The notes under the pieces: model-generated | What the model was told of the DNA's origin: nothing | Database searches by the model: none | The model's input: only the letters and a program-made list of their open reading frames with translations | Program-made: the position numbers and the translations under genes | Shown here: one piece after another, positions 62,805-64,000 of the stretch | Numbering within the stretch: the first letter of the stretch is position 1 | Layout: each line of letters begins with the position of its first letter | From: an uncultured Verrucomicrobiae bacterium | Lineage (GTDB): Bacteria; Verrucomicrobiota; Verrucomicrobiia; Chthoniobacterales; UBA10450 | Direction: 5' to 3' | Length of the DNA stretch: 64,000 nt | Assembly (NCBI GenBank): GCA_963726745.1 | Contig: CAVSDR010000006.1 | Coordinates: 864,001 to 928,000 of the forward strand

Positions 62805-63452
62805 GTGGCTGCCAACGAGAAAACCGAGACCATCACCCTGCCGGAAACCGTGCCCGTGATGCCTCTCCCCGGCGCCCTCCTTTTCCCGCACGCCCTCCTG
62901 CCGCTCTACATCTTCGAGCAGCGCTACCGCGAGATGCTGGAATACGCCCTCGCCGCCGACCGGATGTTTTGCGTCGCCCTCATTTCTCCGAAGCGCGCGG
63001 AATGGCGCTCCACCGGCGACTTCCATCAGATCGCAACCGTCGGTCTCATCCGCGCCTGTGTCGGCCGGCCCGACGGCACCTCAAATCTCATCCTCCAAGG
63101 CCTGCAACGCGTCCGCTTCACCGGCTTCCCACAGTCGAAACCCTTCCCCATTGCCGAGATCGAGCCGCTCCCGTCCGTCCCGGCCGATCCGCTGGTCGAG
63201 GGCCAGGCGCTGGCGGCGCAGGTGCTCGATTTTTATGAGAAATTCAAGGGCGACGGCCGGCAGTTTCCCGAGAAGGTCGATTCCTACCTCTCGGACCTGG
63301 GCGATCCCGAGATGCTGGCCGACCTCATGGCCGCCACCTTTGTGGGCGATCCCCGGCGCCGGCAGCAACTCCTCGAGGAGCTCGATGTCAAGGAACGCCT
63401 CCGCCTGGTCATCCGTTTCCTGCGCGACGAGACCGGCAGCGCTGCGGCCTAA
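62805..63452 (+). CDS. Stand-alone Lon N-terminal substrate-binding domain protein
   Basis: PVMPL...LFP...PLYIFEQRYREM; DGTSNLILQG; QQLLEE...ERL; no AAA or protease domain. Confidence 0.88.
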   Translation: MAANEKTETITLPETVPVMPLPGALLFPHALLPLYIFEQRYREMLEYALAADRMFCVALISPKRAEWRSTGDFHQIATVGLIRACVGRPDGTSNLILQGLQRVRFTGFPQSKPFPIAEIEPLPSVPADPLVEGQALAAQVLDFYEKFKGDGRQFPEKVDSYLSDLGDPEMLADLMAATFVGDPRRRQQLLEELDVKERLRLVIRFLRDETGSAAA

Positions 63453-64000
63453 CGAGTCGTGGGCGCCGGCGCGATCCGGGCGTATTCCTCCATCAGGTAG
63501 CGATCGGTCATGCCCGCGATGTAATCGCACACCGTGCGATGAAAGCCCTCGCCCTCGATCCGTCGAATCGCGCCCTCGCCTAACGAGTCTGGCGATTCGA
63601 GGTAGGCGGCAAAAACCGCGCGTAACATCTCGCAGGCCTGCTGATTCACCTCGGCCACGCGCGGATGGTAGTAAACGTTCTTGTACAGGAAACGCCGGAG
63701 CTCGCGGTTCGCCTGGAGCAATCCCTCGCTGTAGCGAATCAGCGGCCGCTCGCGTTGCCGCACCTCATCCGCGCTCTGCACCCCGGCAGCGGCGATGCCT
63801 TCCGCGCTCGAGCCGATCACATCCCGCACCTGCACGTCGATGATGTCGCGAATGATCAGCTTGTGCAGCTCCGGCTCGCGCACCGAGGGATAACGGCTCA
63901 GGACAGGCTCCCGGCTTTGCCGCCAGACGGCCACTTCTTCGAGCTGGTCGGAAGAAAGAATCGCGAAGTCGACCGCATCGTCGAGGTCGTGACTGTAGTA
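63449..64000 (-). CDS. dgt: dGTP triphosphohydrolase, C-terminal part; runs off window end
   Basis: YYSHDLDDA; FLYKNVY; CDYIAGMTDRY. Confidence 0.9.
   Translation of the reverse strand, partial: YYSHDLDDAVDFAILSSDQLEEVAVWRQSREPVLSRYPSVREPELHKLIIRDIIDVQVRDVIGSSAEGIAAAGVQSADEVRQRERPLIRYSEGLLQANRELRRFLYKNVYYHPRVAEVNQQACEMLRAVFAAYLESPDSLGEGAIRRIEGEGFHRTVCDYIAGMTDRYLMEEYARIAPAPTTR

Overview
A GC-rich (roughly 65% by eye) bacterial chromosomal window of about 55 mostly housekeeping genes plus tRNA-Tyr. It is most likely from Verrucomicrobiota (Chthoniobacterales-like); this is inferred from TGTTC-N4-GAACA LexA boxes and the gene content. No transposase, prophage or CRISPR array was seen. Main observations: (1) Two non-palindromic 8-9-mers sharing a CTAA core, (G)CCTAACGA and GYYGGCTAA, occur about 30-40 times each by manual count, against roughly 1-4 expected. 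They lie in both orientations, force rare CTA/TTA codons inside genes and supply the stop codon of at least 16 genes, like an uncharacterised uptake-sequence/HIP1-type chromosomal signal. (2) The SOS mutasome is split: ImuB is encoded as two half-genes 9 kb apart in divergent units (lexA, imuA-imuB_N and repeat protein-imuB_C-dnaE2), each behind a LexA box. (3) A 140-bp REP-like palindromic element sits inside dnaE2. (4) Two long intergenic regions look like + strand structured RNAs. (5) An alkaline-phosphatase homologue appears catalytically dead. About ten single-base frameshifts, some in normally essential genes, are most likely assembly errors.
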